From a virus, in the IMG/VR virus record IMGVR_UViG_3300042558_000825, positions 32,001 to 96,000 of that record: a DNA stretch of 64,000 nucleotides; one strand, written 5' to 3'. The translations under genes and the position numbers were made by a program. Positions 23,201 to 32,600 of the stretch are shown here, piece by piece; the stretch's first letter is position 1, and each line of letters opens with the position of its first letter. The notes beneath the pieces are model-generated. The model saw nothing but the letters and a program-made list of their open reading frames with translations, did no database searches and was not told where the DNA came from.

Positions 23201-26200
23201 TTGATTTAATTTAAAATCAATAAAGTTGCTATTCAATACACCGCCAAATTCACCTGACTTGATAGCCCAGTTTTCATATATATCATAATCAATACCACCC
23301 TGTGGTAAATTAGCTCCCTTAAATGCACTGGCTGCATTTAATGTTCCTTTGTTTTTAATAAAGTTTTTATAAACATTAATTTGTGTAATATCAGTCAAAT
23401 CTGCAAGTGCTAGATAATCACGTGGACGATAACCAATCAAACTAAAACTTAATAGGTCTGCATCATTTTCTAAATTAGCACGATTTACATCATAATAAAT
23501 TGTGCTTTCAAACGAACGTGTGCTTGTATTTGGTAACAAACCTTTTTGTATTTCGTTGTAATCTGTTTGCTTCCACTCACGTTCCTCAAACAATTGTTTA
23601 GGTTGTATAATAGTAGTAGCAATCCAATATTTGTTTTTATATTTAACTATGCTACCTGTTGTATATTTTACTGTTTTATCCCAATCAAGTATGTTATCTT
23701 GATTTAAAATAAATCCTTGAGCATCAATAGTACCGTTCCATTCTGCAGTTTTTGTTCCTCGTACAGTAATGCGGCTTTGTCTTAATCCTGTTGCTAAATT
23801 ATAAATTACATCGTCAAATACAGTAACGTTGTCAAAAACAATACCATGTTCAAAATTACTAATATTAAATTGTCCATAGGCAATAGTATCACCTTGGTTT
23901 AATGGTTGTGCTGTGAATGCAGTACCGTCACGTATAATACTCAAATCAGTACTTTGTATTGGATATAAGTTTTGATTTAGTACAAAATTTTGTCTCTGTA
24001 ATGTTAATGGTTGTACAATATAACTATCTTTATTAATAGAAATTAGAGTAGCGGCTGGATTGATGTTAACAATACTTCCAGACTCCCATCCTGTTTGCGC
24101 CCAATATAAGTATTCGGCAACCATTTGTCTCCAACTAACTTCTAACCCAGATTCAATTTGGTCAAACAATACACCTTGACTTGCCAAATATCTGCCATAT
24201 CCTTCTAAGAACTGCGCTACTTCTTGTATAGTATAAAATTCAGTACCATACGATACAACTGTTGGAGTTGTATAATAATCTTTAGCTAACTGAACACTCA
24301 ATCCCTGAACTGATACTCTGTCATAATTTCCATTTATTTTAGGTAGTAATATTTTAAAATATGCATTAGTTTGACTATTACCATATACTTTATAATAACC
24401 GTTATTTGTTAATTGTATTACTACGCCACTGTATGTAATACGGTCAAAGGGTTGGTTATCATATAGCAATACCTGATAGCTTTCATCAGGAATTAATAAA
24501 CTACTGTTATTGCTATTTGCTGTAGATTTTTCAACATAAAACTTTAATAAGTTTTTATCACTAAAGCCAGCAAGTCTATAAACTAATCTAACATCAATGT
24601 TGTTTAATAAATCACTAACATTATTAGTTGCATCAATGCCTACTTGTTTTTCATAATCAACTACCCAATTAATATAACTTGTTTTAGCAATACCGTTGCC
24701 GTAAATTTGTACATCACTTATTATTAAATGACTACGATTATTTACCAAATACTGATTAAATTCTTCGTTGTATTTGTAATTATCAACATCAACTCCTAAA
24801 TTAAAGAAGTTAGCCGGCTTTGTTAATGCTAGTATACGCATTAAATCAAATGGCCAACTACTACTTCTACGATAACTAAATTCTGCAGGGCCAACATCAC
24901 CGACTACCCAATCACGGTTAAGTGTGTTGTTGCTATAATTACCTACAATAGAAACAAAGGGTGATACTAAATTACCCTGACTATCTACTGGTAATACTTG
25001 TAATAATTCTGGACGAATTGCTTGGGTAATAACAATTGGATTACCATTATTCCAATCAATACCCTGTGCCAAATCATTCCACAAAACTAAGTTATCGCTA
25101 GTATACGGAGCAGAACCATAACGTGTTGCCCACCATGATGGTTGGTCAGTAAAGCCTAACATTTCCCATGGACTAGTATCTGGATTACTAGTATCATAGA
25201 AATATTCATATATACCTCTCCAATACCCCTGTAGAATAACTTGTTGGTTTATCTTGTTACCAGTTTGATTATAATTATAGGTATATTCATTATTGGCATT
25301 ATAGAACTGAGTTTTGTAATTGATTCTATTTTGTCCTACCCAATCTAAAAAGCTAGATGAGTAAATCTGTAAAATTTCGTCATAACTATAATCAGTCTCT
25401 CTAAAGAACCCTGGTAATACTTCATATTCTTGTACAGGAATAACATTACTTAATTTTAAGTTATTGTATACACGTTTCTCATACTCAAACAATACTTGGT
25501 CTCTAAAATCAATTAATATGCCGTTAATGTAATCACCATATAGTTTATTATATGAACCATCATGCCCTACAATAAAATATGTTGGTTGAGCGTAAGCAGA
25601 ATCTAATACAACTGCGGGTATAGTTGATGGATATAAACCTAATTTAGTAGGAGTATTTGGAACATAACTACCATATGTTTGATTATATTCTTTAATAGTG
25701 ATTTGATCACCTGGATCCAAATCTAATGTGACAGTTAATGATGGTGTATCTGTACTTACTGTATAATCAACTCCGCGTATTAATTGACTAATTATTCCGG
25801 ATGTATTAGTTAAGTAAACCAATACACTATTATAATTAGCCGTAGCAAAATTATATACTTTACTTAATGGATATATACTTATATCTAATGCATTTGCAAA
25901 ACTGTATGTATTGGTGATATATGCCGCTTTTGATGGCAACATATCACTCCAAAAGAAACTATTACTATCTGTTTTTGAAGCAGTAATTTTATCTAATGCA
26001 TCATCTAACATAGTTGAAGGAGATAATCTTGTACTAAAATCAGTAGAATTAACTGTATCAATTAATAAAGTTTTAAAAGTAATGTATTCTCTACTGTTAT
26101 ATAATAACGCATTGAATAGATTATGACTCTGTTTACGTAAAAATGCACCAGGTAACACTAAACTTGCGCTATTCTGAATAATCTTATTACCATATGGTAC

Positions 26201-29200
26201 CATATTACCTAAATCACGGTAATTGTTTGCACCAAATACATCACCAGTTGTGTTTGGATTATTGTAAAAGCTACTCTGATATTGACCACGAATATCACCT
26301 ACATTAACTACCGTAATATCTGCATTCAATGGGTTATTGTTTAAATTAGAAGGTATACTATAATATGCAGTTTCACTTACCTGATCACTTAATAATAATA
26401 TTTCAACTACAGTATCTACTAATGGGTCAGGCACTGTGAAGGTTACGATTGTTTGTGACGATGTGGTTTCTACTGTATAGGCGGTTGAATATTGTATTTT
26501 ATTGTTTACAAAAAGTTGTATAGTAGGCCATGCACTATCTGTATTTGCTAGTTTAGCAATATCACATGTATATGTTGTTACAGGATTATTAGCATAGTAG
26601 TTAAATTCAAATATTTGGTATTGTACACTTGGTCCTACTGCTGTTTGCCATCCTAATTGTCTTACCGATGTTGTCAAGTCAGAATAATTATAAATATATC
26701 CCGTGTTAACTTTTTGTGTAATAGGAGTAGTACCACTGACATAGTTGAATGTTGCAGAATTAAGTGATGTGTCAAAGCTAATATCACCTACATTATCAAT
26801 AGAACTATACAATAAAGGGAAGCCCAATATTGCATCATCATTTCCCGATCCAATACCATATGCAAATAGTTTATTACCTGCAAATGATGTACCAATGTAA
26901 ACGGTGCTATCACCAAAACTTATTCCGTTATCATCAAATATATCAAATAAAGGTGGTTGATTTACTGTCGTTTTTTGTTGAGCTTCTTGCCAATCAACAC
27001 CATCAAAGTAAAAATCCATACCTTGATAATTATATCCTCTGAATGCAACTGTTTGCTCATTTGCTAAAACAAGACCATCATCTGCCTGTGTTAATGTAAT
27101 TACTGGACTATCGCCTGGTATTAATGTAGAAAATCTAACAATATATATTTTATTTCGTATGTTTAGATTTTCATCGGCTGCAAAAACAATTCTTGCTCCG
27201 TCAAACACTGCATAACTGTCATTATTAGTATCGTTGGCAATTAATGATGCCACTGCAGTAGATCCTATTGTTTGCGAAAATTCCCACTCTACTGTTAACG
27301 TTATAGTTGTTGTTCCTGAAATATTAGTAATTTGAGTATTTCTTGGAAGAATATTTGTACTATCGTTTATATATTGACCAATTTGAAATGTGCCAGGCCC
27401 AGTTTTTGAGAACACATTACTTGCAAGTATAGTAATAGTTGTGCTAGTACCAGTAGTACCGTTGATAGTGGCATTATATCCAGTATAGACTTCAACGTCA
27501 GGATAATAATTTTCTTGTCCTGCTACTTGATTAGGAGCATCTGTTGTGCGAAAATCAATAAAATCTATAGGTGGTTTTCCAATAATACCCGAATCAAACA
27601 TTCGTAGATTAGGATAAAATTCAATAATAGGACGTTTAGCTTTATTGTCCGAGGTAGCATAAAGGGATATTAATTCCGGATTACTATTGTATGATGCTGT
27701 TGCATTAATTACGTCAATGTGAAACCATCTATTACTACGAGACCATGCGTTTTTATCAATACTATTTCTTGAAATAGTAATATAATCTGGTGTGACAGGT
27801 ATGTATAAATTTATATCATAATTACCTATGTCATACGGGGTTGTGTCAAAGGGAATATAAGTACCAGATGTAAATGGTTCTGGTGCTATCAAATCTGTCA
27901 CTGGAATTAATTCTATTGCAGTACCAACTCCTTCTACATAAAATCTAGTACCTTCATAACTTGAAGGATATATATCTCCGGAGAATATAACTTTTAATCC
28001 ATTAGTAAATACTACACCATTTGGTGCTGTGTAGTTTTGTTTGCCAATAATGTCTGTTAATACATCAATACGATTAGTAGTGTTACTAGAAATTAATCTA
28101 ATTTGTCCTACTTTATTACCTGAGGTACCGTCTTGATAATATAAAGTATCAAGTATAGCACTCATATAAGGTATTAATGATACAGTGTCGCTGGTATTTC
28201 TATAAAATGTTCTACCAATCCATTCTGTACCAAAATTAGCAGTAATTTTTTCTTCAACAGGAATAGTACCGGTATTAACTAATCTAATTACAGGGTCAGT
28301 TGGATCACCTTCATAGGTAATTGTATAAAAAGTAGCTGATATATCTGTGTAATATCCACCTTCTGAGTTTGCAAAATTTGTACTATCACCAGGCGGAGTA
28401 TACGGTGCGCCCCCTACAGGAAATGTAACTGGACCGCTATTAGTACTAACTGTTTGTGTCCCTGAACTTGGTGTTTCTTCATCATAGGTTGTAGTATCAA
28501 AGAATTTTGATATATATCCAGTTAATACAATTGCAGCTCCAGTGCCTGTACCAACACCAGTCGCAATAAATGATTCACCTACTGTGTTAGAAGTTGCACC
28601 AATTAACGTAAAATCAGTAGTACCAAGTGTATCTATAGTGTAAGTGCTACCAACTTCAAATGAGCCGGCATCAACTAATGATTGTACACCGGTATTATAG
28701 AACATTAATGTAAGACCTTCAAGTGAAGTAATACCATCTATGCCGTTTTCTAAGCTACTTACTAATACACCGTTAACTTCATCATATGTTAATGTTGATA
28801 CTACATCTACCCTGTTATTACCGGGAAAAATATATTGATCTTGAGCATTTTTAAAAGGTACAGTAAATGTTACAATACCCACTTCTGCTCCGTTATTGTC
28901 AACACCTAATACATCACGTGTTTGTACATTAAGTTGTGTAGGATCAAATCCGGTTACACCCGGTGCGCCTTGAATCCAAAATTGACTATTTTGATTAACA
29001 CTGAATCTATACGTACCACCACGCAATAAAGTTAATGATGGGTTAGTAGAACCCTGTGCTTGACCATCTGCTGTTATAAGGTAACCATTAGGGTTACTTA
29101 CAACAATATAATCAGTAGCATTATAAACAGTATCAGTACTAACAGTTACCGCTTCAGGACCTTCAGGTATCCAATAGTATTGATTAAAATTAATAATTTT

Positions 29201-29578
29201 ATCTAGGTTAGTAAAACTATCCCATGAATAGAATTGACTTGTGAATAATCTGTTGTTATCATTAACAACACCACCTTCTAATTCTAATCCATCAATAATA
29301 CCCGGGTAGCTAATAAAATCTTGTGCAGTGTTAGTATCTTTTTTAAGGAACGTTACACCCGGATCAAGTTGATAATCAGTTCTTGTTTTGGTAGGTTCAG
29401 TAACATAATAATTTTTAGCATTGACTCCATAACCAAATCTACTTCCTATATAGCCTTCTATGCGTTTAGTATTAGGCTGGTCTACTATTTGATCCAACGT
29501 TGCATTTAAAAATTGACTATTAGTCGGCGTTTTAAATATTTCAGGTAGAAAATTTAATGTTCTAATTCTTGTTGCCAT
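11222..29578 (-). CDS. Giant (6118 aa) multidomain baseplate wedge / adhesin-like virion protein
   Basis: 18.4-kb uninterrupted ORF directly downstream of the gp6-like gene (the gp7 position in T4). Contains FG-GAP-like repeats, Asp-box (SxDGxTW) repeats and many G-D-x-I-x-F...T-x-YYV modules. Confidence 0.8.
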   Translation of the reverse strand: MATRIRTLNFLPEIFKTPTNSQFLNATLDQIVDQPNTKRIEGYIGSRFGYGVNAKNYYVTEPTKTRTDYQLDPGVTFLKKDTNTAQDFISYPGIIDGLELEGGVVNDNNRLFTSQFYSWDSFTNLDKIINFNQYYWIPEGPEAVTVSTDTVYNATDYIVVSNPNGYLITADGQAQGSTNPSLTLLRGGTYRFSVNQNSQFWIQGAPGVTGFDPTQLNVQTRDVLGVDNNGAEVGIVTFTVPFKNAQDQYIFPGNNRVDVVSTLTYDEVNGVLVSSLENGIDGITSLEGLTLMFYNTGVQSLVDAGSFEVGSTYTIDTLGTTDFTLIGATSNTVGESFIATGVGTGTGAAIVLTGYISKFFDTTTYDEETPSSGTQTVSTNSGPVTFPVGGAPYTPPGDSTNFANSEGGYYTDISATFYTITYEGDPTDPVIRLVNTGTIPVEEKITANFGTEWIGRTFYRNTSDTVSLIPYMSAILDTLYYQDGTSGNKVGQIRLISSNTTNRIDVLTDIIGKQNYTAPNGVVFTNGLKVIFSGDIYPSSYEGTRFYVEGVGTAIELIPVTDLIAPEPFTSGTYIPFDTTPYDIGNYDINLYIPVTPDYITISRNSIDKNAWSRSNRWFHIDVINATASYNSNPELISLYATSDNKAKRPIIEFYPNLRMFDSGIIGKPPIDFIDFRTTDAPNQVAGQENYYPDVEVYTGYNATINGTTGTSTTITILASNVFSKTGPGTFQIGQYINDSTNILPRNTQITNISGTTTITLTVEWEFSQTIGSTAVASLIANDTNNDSYAVFDGARIVFAADENLNIRNKIYIVRFSTLIPGDSPVITLTQADDGLVLANEQTVAFRGYNYQGMDFYFDGVDWQEAQQKTTVNQPPLFDIFDDNGISFGDSTVYIGTSFAGNKLFAYGIGSGNDDAILGFPLLYSSIDNVGDISFDTSLNSATFNYVSGTTPITQKVNTGYIYNYSDLTTSVRQLGWQTAVGPSVQYQIFEFNYYANNPVTTYTCDIAKLANTDSAWPTIQLFVNNKIQYSTAYTVETTSSQTIVTFTVPDPLVDTVVEILLLSDQVSETAYYSIPSNLNNNPLNADITVVNVGDIRGQYQSSFYNNPNTTGDVFGANNYRDLGNMVPYGNKIIQNSASLVLPGAFLRKQSHNLFNALLYNSREYITFKTLLIDTVNSTDFSTRLSPSTMLDDALDKITASKTDSNSFFWSDMLPSKAAYITNTYSFANALDISIYPLSKVYNFATANYNSVLVYLTNTSGIISQLIRGVDYTVSTDTPSLTVTLDLDPGDQITIKEYNQTYGSYVPNTPTKLGLYPSTIPAVVLDSAYAQPTYFIVGHDGSYNKLYGDYINGILIDFRDQVLFEYEKRVYNNLKLSNVIPVQEYEVLPGFFRETDYSYDEILQIYSSSFLDWVGQNRINYKTQFYNANNEYTYNYNQTGNKINQQVILQGYWRGIYEYFYDTSNPDTSPWEMLGFTDQPSWWATRYGSAPYTSDNLVLWNDLAQGIDWNNGNPIVITQAIRPELLQVLPVDSQGNLVSPFVSIVGNYSNNTLNRDWVVGDVGPAEFSYRRSSSWPFDLMRILALTKPANFFNLGVDVDNYKYNEEFNQYLVNNRSHLIISDVQIYGNGIAKTSYINWVVDYEKQVGIDATNNVSDLLNNIDVRLVYRLAGFSDKNLLKFYVEKSTANSNNSSLLIPDESYQVLLYDNQPFDRITYSGVVIQLTNNGYYKVYGNSQTNAYFKILLPKINGNYDRVSVQGLSVQLAKDYYTTPTVVSYGTEFYTIQEVAQFLEGYGRYLASQGVLFDQIESGLEVSWRQMVAEYLYWAQTGWESGSIVNINPAATLISINKDSYIVQPLTLQRQNFVLNQNLYPIQSTDLSIIRDGTAFTAQPLNQGDTIAYGQFNISNFEHGIVFDNVTVFDDVIYNLATGLRQSRITVRGTKTAEWNGTIDAQGFILNQDNILDWDKTVKYTTGSIVKYKNKYWIATTIIQPKQLFEEREWKQTDYNEIQKGLLPNTSTRSFESTIYYDVNRANLENDADLLSFSLIGYRPRDYLALADLTDITQINVYKNFIKNKGTLNAASAFKGANLPQGGIDYDIYENWAIKSGEFGGVLNSNFIDFKLNQSLLTGNPSIVGLTNGISTDGVQQEVPLYSLYNYGRPVNSTDVLPLLPTNTPSYLLPDAGYANFNDMRIAAYYYTNLPTSTSPRGVLTPLSQLYVGQYIWLADYQGTWQVMTPVSLGQVIFAKNNLNGTATITFNNPHGLTKYQPFAVVNFNDSLNGYYIVNTVIDLNSVLVNVTLAPSITSIFGQGIGFKFQSQRVATPNDIIDLPLLNTEFVKTKVWVDTNNDGDWAVYRKSINYGYDSELIKNGSETFGSAVAYTDTLGYLIGDADAGVAYRYSYNTLFDRYELLQTITSSSSFGTTIAYANDIFVISQPTGTPAVYVYQLVVSITVDELQSLQSAIAAPVGVTEWGKAIAISGDANWLYISAVTSSTSLVYVYRYSTITEEYEYSTTINLGLTNDDNFGYSIATDYYGDTVVIGTPDKNYDGSIENWGYTYVYDRTVQNVESQFTSLPDVPQTFTLAWTPTTVTQTATAIDGSTERITVTSSAGFSVGDPVVFSTGTNAGYFAIGETYTITSVGTTNFVAIGASANTIGQTFVATGAGTGTGTANSTGLLSSGAISANTVYYILDKPTGTTFRITTSRGSVVPINLTSSTGSMTCSIQITPLLITVNGTIITDNNYAVIDSTLYVYSSLNAGDIINVSGNNFVLCQTLTTETTPKIGVQFGNSVDTNTYATEILVGAPFELNSQNQEGAVYRYTNGGGKYGMIIGTSDCAITTTRIILINGYIVTLTAGNASTVANIINQANITNVQASEQLDNLGIPTGKLIISLINTALASVNDKLNVTVLNTSTWAELGFNTYTQTQIITDPHIQGTTQFGNVVKFNEFNSFVVSAPTATRYQATTFDSTDDEDYDNDTLFDNNATQWVDTYRNAGAVYMFDYLSVYNESLANCGNFVYAQSTNDINETYGSQPMFGHAIDFNASHVVIGTPNFKPDTIAGQLITYINATGTPDWSVYRNSNPVVDTNRIQNIQLYSAITNNTLDNLDYIDPLQGKILGSVRQNIDVISNVDPAGYNSPNINKGAMVWGAVQIGQIWFNTSTTRFVNYHQNDIVYDSKWWGQVFPGSDVTVYSWITSDVPPISYAGPGTVFDVESYAIEYTLNASGVLTPVYYYWVRNTNIIFTKTGKTLADSIIQSYIASPINSGISYFAPLEQDIYGLYNCGDNINANDTVLHIGFSTGTNDDVSHSLYNLIRTNYADDFLPGLPTTNGLDVPESLYDRMLDSLCGVDESGGVVPDPYLPKPVQYGIYARPRQSFFVNRFLALKNYLTYANDVLAQYPITETRNASFLNTQNPTIIETIVAGNCQANVTYTIVTVGDVNWTSIGAASNTAGITFIATGPATGSSRNTGTASFLAFAEGAKYNTTDYWNYINWWATGYDNNTKSALQVPIYADLATIDATPGLIVTVTTNGDGKSEVYVYTNLNMWERIGLQDGTIEFSSDLWDYSTARLGFGDNFFDTTPYDTYPSQETRSIVRALNEEIYTNELLLYRNKSLVLLFEYIQSETIESQNYLPWLNKTSFIDVGHTIRELLPLEVFRSDNQDFLAGYINEVKPYHVVIKEFLFKYTGSELYAGTITDFDLPSQYNTDVQQFITPELVYSNPSAINQYLPTDPIWQTSAYKEWFNNYGLSITGVNDYQITVLASYISLNSGSFAVDNAYGFPINGTILIGDELIGYAGVDRSNNTLFGLTRGVDGTPISVHIPGEIITIDLPAVLLLNGGRAYNEPPRITAYIDTSIYPEPRRPAILQAVMNLDSILRIDVIDPGDGYVVLPEIVIDPSIGLPFTSTDVDTFTNTIILPLPLLQTGDLIKYTIGTDTTAVGGLEVNQYYYVNVLESTPTFNIALYTTYRDAINDTDRVVLYTTGTGSNNLLSISARASCVSTAVPIRENKIALRFDRTSYTSELSDWQSGQFYGSFYAGLYNNSVRISSSSITLESTQPSIDTILASAQGAVFEIEGVTNDQTLNWSSRTRNVVSTTGGTSDIITIAPSTGGAPDEGGVGPTTGFYVDMPIKFQGAVGNSLLVNGTTYYVKTILNDTDITISAAIGGGTFNLNTATISSAGLLLYVGEVTNTAVVTLFYPGILNTTNTTAVTNTITIPLTGSGLGGTTGFYTNLPIFFTGSVFGGIIENEEYYVTTVVNSTTFTMSTVQDPLIINVTGVIASTDYITCTGTLGLSINDPIIFTDMVISGSVVSDFGNLISGTTYYVRAVIDSNNFQVSTVINGGAFNLGPSNVTGTCLGTDQKNIVQLTTATGSMICNVGLPVSPGQITGQQFTFYPTSSTYTGLIGTDSNLLVRTIDNALANGDYLSVTTTSGGLTNIYNNMPVEFASNYGGLTGGTTYWIVANGIVETTVTSTSAGNVLTCTSTAGFYNEMPVTFTGTGLGGVVLDTTYYIIDTIVSPITSTQFKISNVPGGTEVDLTGENGTMGITGQPYIKVSASLGGGEFPLTDTSANVTMTQAPTLVPEFDVSWVLGGYSVNIADAGEGYAINNTITILGTALAGTTPANDLVMTVNTIDTNGEILSVICAGTPNETVEQYYLKVISATECEVYSDPLLQIPVSGIDFPYTAGDYTLLPEPFYFNQSIVKYNNRVYQCIVSNNDTEFIFGKWELLSSDSRKLNALDRIMGYYQPTANMPGLDLTQLVEGITYPNSTYQGNAFPPADEYTLDTILQDQAFSPVEVDTASILFDGVTYIGSANTPTYSLIINSVNGTSWPSNKLSEQPVGLSDIGYFNGKYIITSTNTATPIFISTDGESWATTGLVDGTVSIDSTQLYSVSYLNGKYIATGNNIVSSTDGYNWIEVYNFYGSILYGISGITINNFNGFVAVGYGPDYSVIPTITQSVVLNSLDGITWTNITPFGSAETLYGVTSGNNTIIIVGDNGTIFTSINSSNWVNVGTGSYNLKDVAYSSDLGLFVIVGQAGAILTSSDDGVTWTDVTDSDITTENLNGITWNNIDNEFVIAGNNNVILQSADGITWINVGVFDTLPTIYDVQGDPFMSGYGPEELVPGVVSDNLTMIVTTRPGTNWDVETYQHVGYNVVSTQITPTVGQLTFSFDNLVEFPAQLSVFQVDSVTGLSTRLYSPSSFTVDWLVKTITLPSSLPAGDSLVVEVYEVGNGDQLEKSNSQTDPIRINTVTGFNEINLNCNFTATRSSGSGVIRPGTEPINVIATETDSTDNTILCENVAYFTLNDQIIFQGDVFGGIVADTHYYVKTISTVTNKITISDVITDGVAGPTFIITTDSGSMDIVIQTGSGAVWSDPIVYHNGTKLILGHTNRITQTNSSNNSITCNTTSGMAVGDRIVFSDTMFGNDITPQTVYYIESIFDGNEFTISATLGGTVITLSDAVGGATGITNDYSFGIADNGISAKMIFSAQYDVTLDYLAYTVFGETYPSQYGYTIPEIQTIIGNGTSGPFTLTNFVGGDNPTNAIVEINGVRLLDTAYTINSSTDTLQFIGGTPLTPSALDTIAVTSFNLTERQYFNTQYDITNKTVSTIINIDNEITPPIVSTIVTAVSSTGNLLTCANTSGFIVDQTIIFKGTQLGNVLTNGTVYYVKSVTYPYDGTFTISTTLSGSTFNPGTATGTMLAYVGGTPAVRVTTSTAHNLTTNDLIRIDGTIGSVQLNNNTYYVHVISSTQVDLYNTSYSSSISAVNDPVTSISTYLSGGYIWEDGIFVVDSDWEQSNVDRLWVTINGYRVPSTQLYLNANNNLSILTEIVTGDDIIITSMISSATPNQLVYLQNVNKNGTGSVFRSNSNTRTWIVQPIYYTDAVIYVDDVTKITDQITQNVVAPAAVNGITSIGLTADKNIISQVTVYNNTTNAYINSTNYDIVIIDLSPILEIYDEVTVGDSLAIVTLEGNLIYINGEQIKFTTVNPILQSGNFKIGQQYIIETVGTTNFTSIGASSNTVGLTFTATGLGMGTGTAIAINAISGLQRGTNGTAELSYIPLYSEMFGLLSNNLLPSVDYNLTWNSNIYNVTDGDPLQISETDAAYFLNTTIS

Positions 29579-29603
29579 TATTTCTCTCTATGTTATATAG
29601 TAC

Positions 29604-32600
29604 TTATCTTATTTGTAATTGAGCTGGTGTAAGTGCCGCAATCACTACCACATCATTTGCTGTCGCACCATTTGCAAATATTTCGTAAGGAGCAGATTTA
29701 ATTTCATATAAATCTCCAAAACTCATTGTAGGATCATTCGGCACTAATACTGCTGAACTAATTAATTCACCAACTTGGGCATGTAAGTATGCACTTAATT
29801 CACTAAAGTAAAAAGTGTCACCAAAATTCCAATTATTAATATCAAAGTATGCATTCATTGCAGAAAGAACGGCACTGCGAATTTCACTATCACTGGCATT
29901 AGTATTATTTGCTCTAATGACTTTAACAGTTGCTCTTAATAGTTCAGGAGCTTTAGGTCCAAATAATGGCAAAAATACTACGCTATTTAATATAACACTA
30001 TCACTTAACATTTTGTAATCATTTAATGAACCATATGATTGTGATAGTTCATTGATTGTAGGTTTATCTGGCATTGGTACTGTATCAGTAATATCTTGTA
30101 ACCAATTTTGATAAGCAGTATAATAGGATTGTGTTACTAGATATAAATCAATAATATTTGTAGTAGCTGGATCAATACGTGTAGTGTTATTACTATTATG
30201 ACGATATTGGAATTGCAATCCTTGACGTCCCGGTTTCATAATATATTGAGGTTGTTCTGTTACAACATAATAAAGAGTATTGACTGTTTGGTCTTGAATA
30301 GTTCTATAAAATAAATTATCACTGTATGCATAAAATAATTGACCTTCTGGGTACTCATATTTAACTACTTCAATTTGAGTCTTAGTGGGGTATTGGTATA
30401 CCACGGTACTTGATGCTATCAATTGATAACGTGAAAGATTAATAGCATCTTGTATAAGTTCAAAGAAAGTATAAACACCTATATTAGTATTACCAGTTAC
30501 ATAACCAGTAACTTCAGTAAAGAAATCTGGATTACTAACAAGTGTTCTATCATTAACATCTATGCTTGCAATTTCTACTTCAAAGTCATTAATATAACCG
30601 TCACTCTCTACTGTTTGACCAATGATACTAGTAGATACAGGTGCAGCCAATGCATAGTTACTATTAAATTGTGTATTAGTTGCTAATACTTTAACAAAGT
30701 CTTGTAATATTTTTCCACTAAACGGATCATATACTAGTTTGCCAGTTTCAAACGTAAAACGTGTATCAGCCACACTACCAAAGTAATATGTTAATGAGCG
30801 ATATGATATACTGTAACGGTTGTTACCTGAACTTAAAAAGTTTATAAAATAGTTACTAGCATTATATGCACCTATACTCCAACGATCTTGTGCTATAGTT
30901 AAACTGTTATCAAATATTAAACTAAAACTTTGATTAAGTTCCATTCTAACAACGCATTCTTGTATTACAATGTTAGGGAGTGAGTTATCAAATGCAGGTA
31001 ATATAGTAGTTACTATTGCACCTTGTGGTACATATCCGTTTAATGTTACTGGCCCAGTACCATTACTGAATGCGCCCTCACCGTTATTATAACCATCACC
31101 CACTACATTTAATACGGTAGTCCATATATAAGTTTTGTCAGATGGGCTTGCAATACCTGCTATTAAACGGTTTGTTTCACTAAAATAATATCCACTAGGT
31201 GCAACAAATTTAATCATTGCTCCTTTTGTAGCGTATTTCATATTATGAGTAGAGTACGTTCCAATTGGGATAGGAGTATTATCACTACCATTAATATTGT
31301 AGAAATAACCAGTTAAACTATTAGCATCAACTGTTTGTTCTTCCCAATATACTGTTCCATCACCTGATGCTGTATTAACACTATATCGTGTATAGTTTTG
31401 TATATAATATTGTCTTGCACGATTATCTGCTAATAGAACAGCTAATGAGTCTGTTAAAAAAGTAATAATATCGCCGGTGGTAGTAATTGTTAATAATGTA
31501 TTACCATTAGTACTATCTTGGTACATGCCACCATCACTAGCAAATGAATTCGTGCTGGAGTATTTTCCGGTTGGGTCTAACAAGTCTAAGTTTTTTGATA
31601 CACCAACAGAACTACGGTTAATAGCTTTGCTTTTAATAATAGAACTGTATAATGTATATGGGAAATTGTTGTAATCTTCTCCATTAACCATTCTGTTCTG
31701 GGTGTAGTAGCGGGAAGGGGCACGTTGTTTAATGTTTGATAATGTTTCTCTTGCCTGTGCGTTTGACACCGGTGTCTGTAATTCTAATCCTAATGTAAGT
31801 GTTTCTGTTCGTCCTACCCTACTAATATAACTTAATGTAACTGATAGATTTTGCATCTCAGTTGGATCAATAGTATATGTCAATGCATTACCTGCACGTA
31901 CATATGCTCTAAATGTTCCTACTGGAATCTCGGAAAATACTCCATCACCGAAAACGTAACTAACTTGGTCATTGAATCTAGAGCCTACAGAAAATATTCT
32001 GCGAACACTATTCTCTGTTTGTAAATATGCATCTGCATAAACATTCTCTACTTGATTCCATAATGTTCTAGTAGTTGTTGAACTGTTGTCAGTACTCAAC
32101 TGATATAACCATGTATCTGTATTGTTGATACCCTGAATATCAATATCAACTACTTGATTTGCAATTTGTTGTGCTAAATTGAAATCAAAATTCTGCAAGA
32201 TTCCTTGTTTAAAATAAAAGAAGAAACCTGTATTTGGACTACCATAACCCAATTTATCATTACGGTAAGCCATGTTCATTCTACCACTTGGTGCAGGTGG
32301 AATCTCATAAACATAATCTTCATTTAATGTGGTTGAACTAACTAATTCAAAATTCATTGATTGGTTATCTACTACTGCAGTAAATGGTACAATTGGTAAT
32401 GTAGTTGGTGGAATATTAATAGCATACTCATCTGTTTTAATACCAGATATCTGTGCAGTATTACCTGGACGTCCAATACGTTGTGTATTAATTAAAGTAG
32501 CATTGATAATTGTATTAAATTGTTCTAACCAATTAACGTTAGCAGGATCATTCCACAATACAGTTTGATTACTTAAATTAAAACCATTTAAGTCTGTGAT

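Noticed and set aside
11222-29578. Intein or intron inside the giant ORF
   Set aside because: No intein splice-junction or LAGLIDADG motifs recognised and no frame break; the inserts seen are short structural modules.
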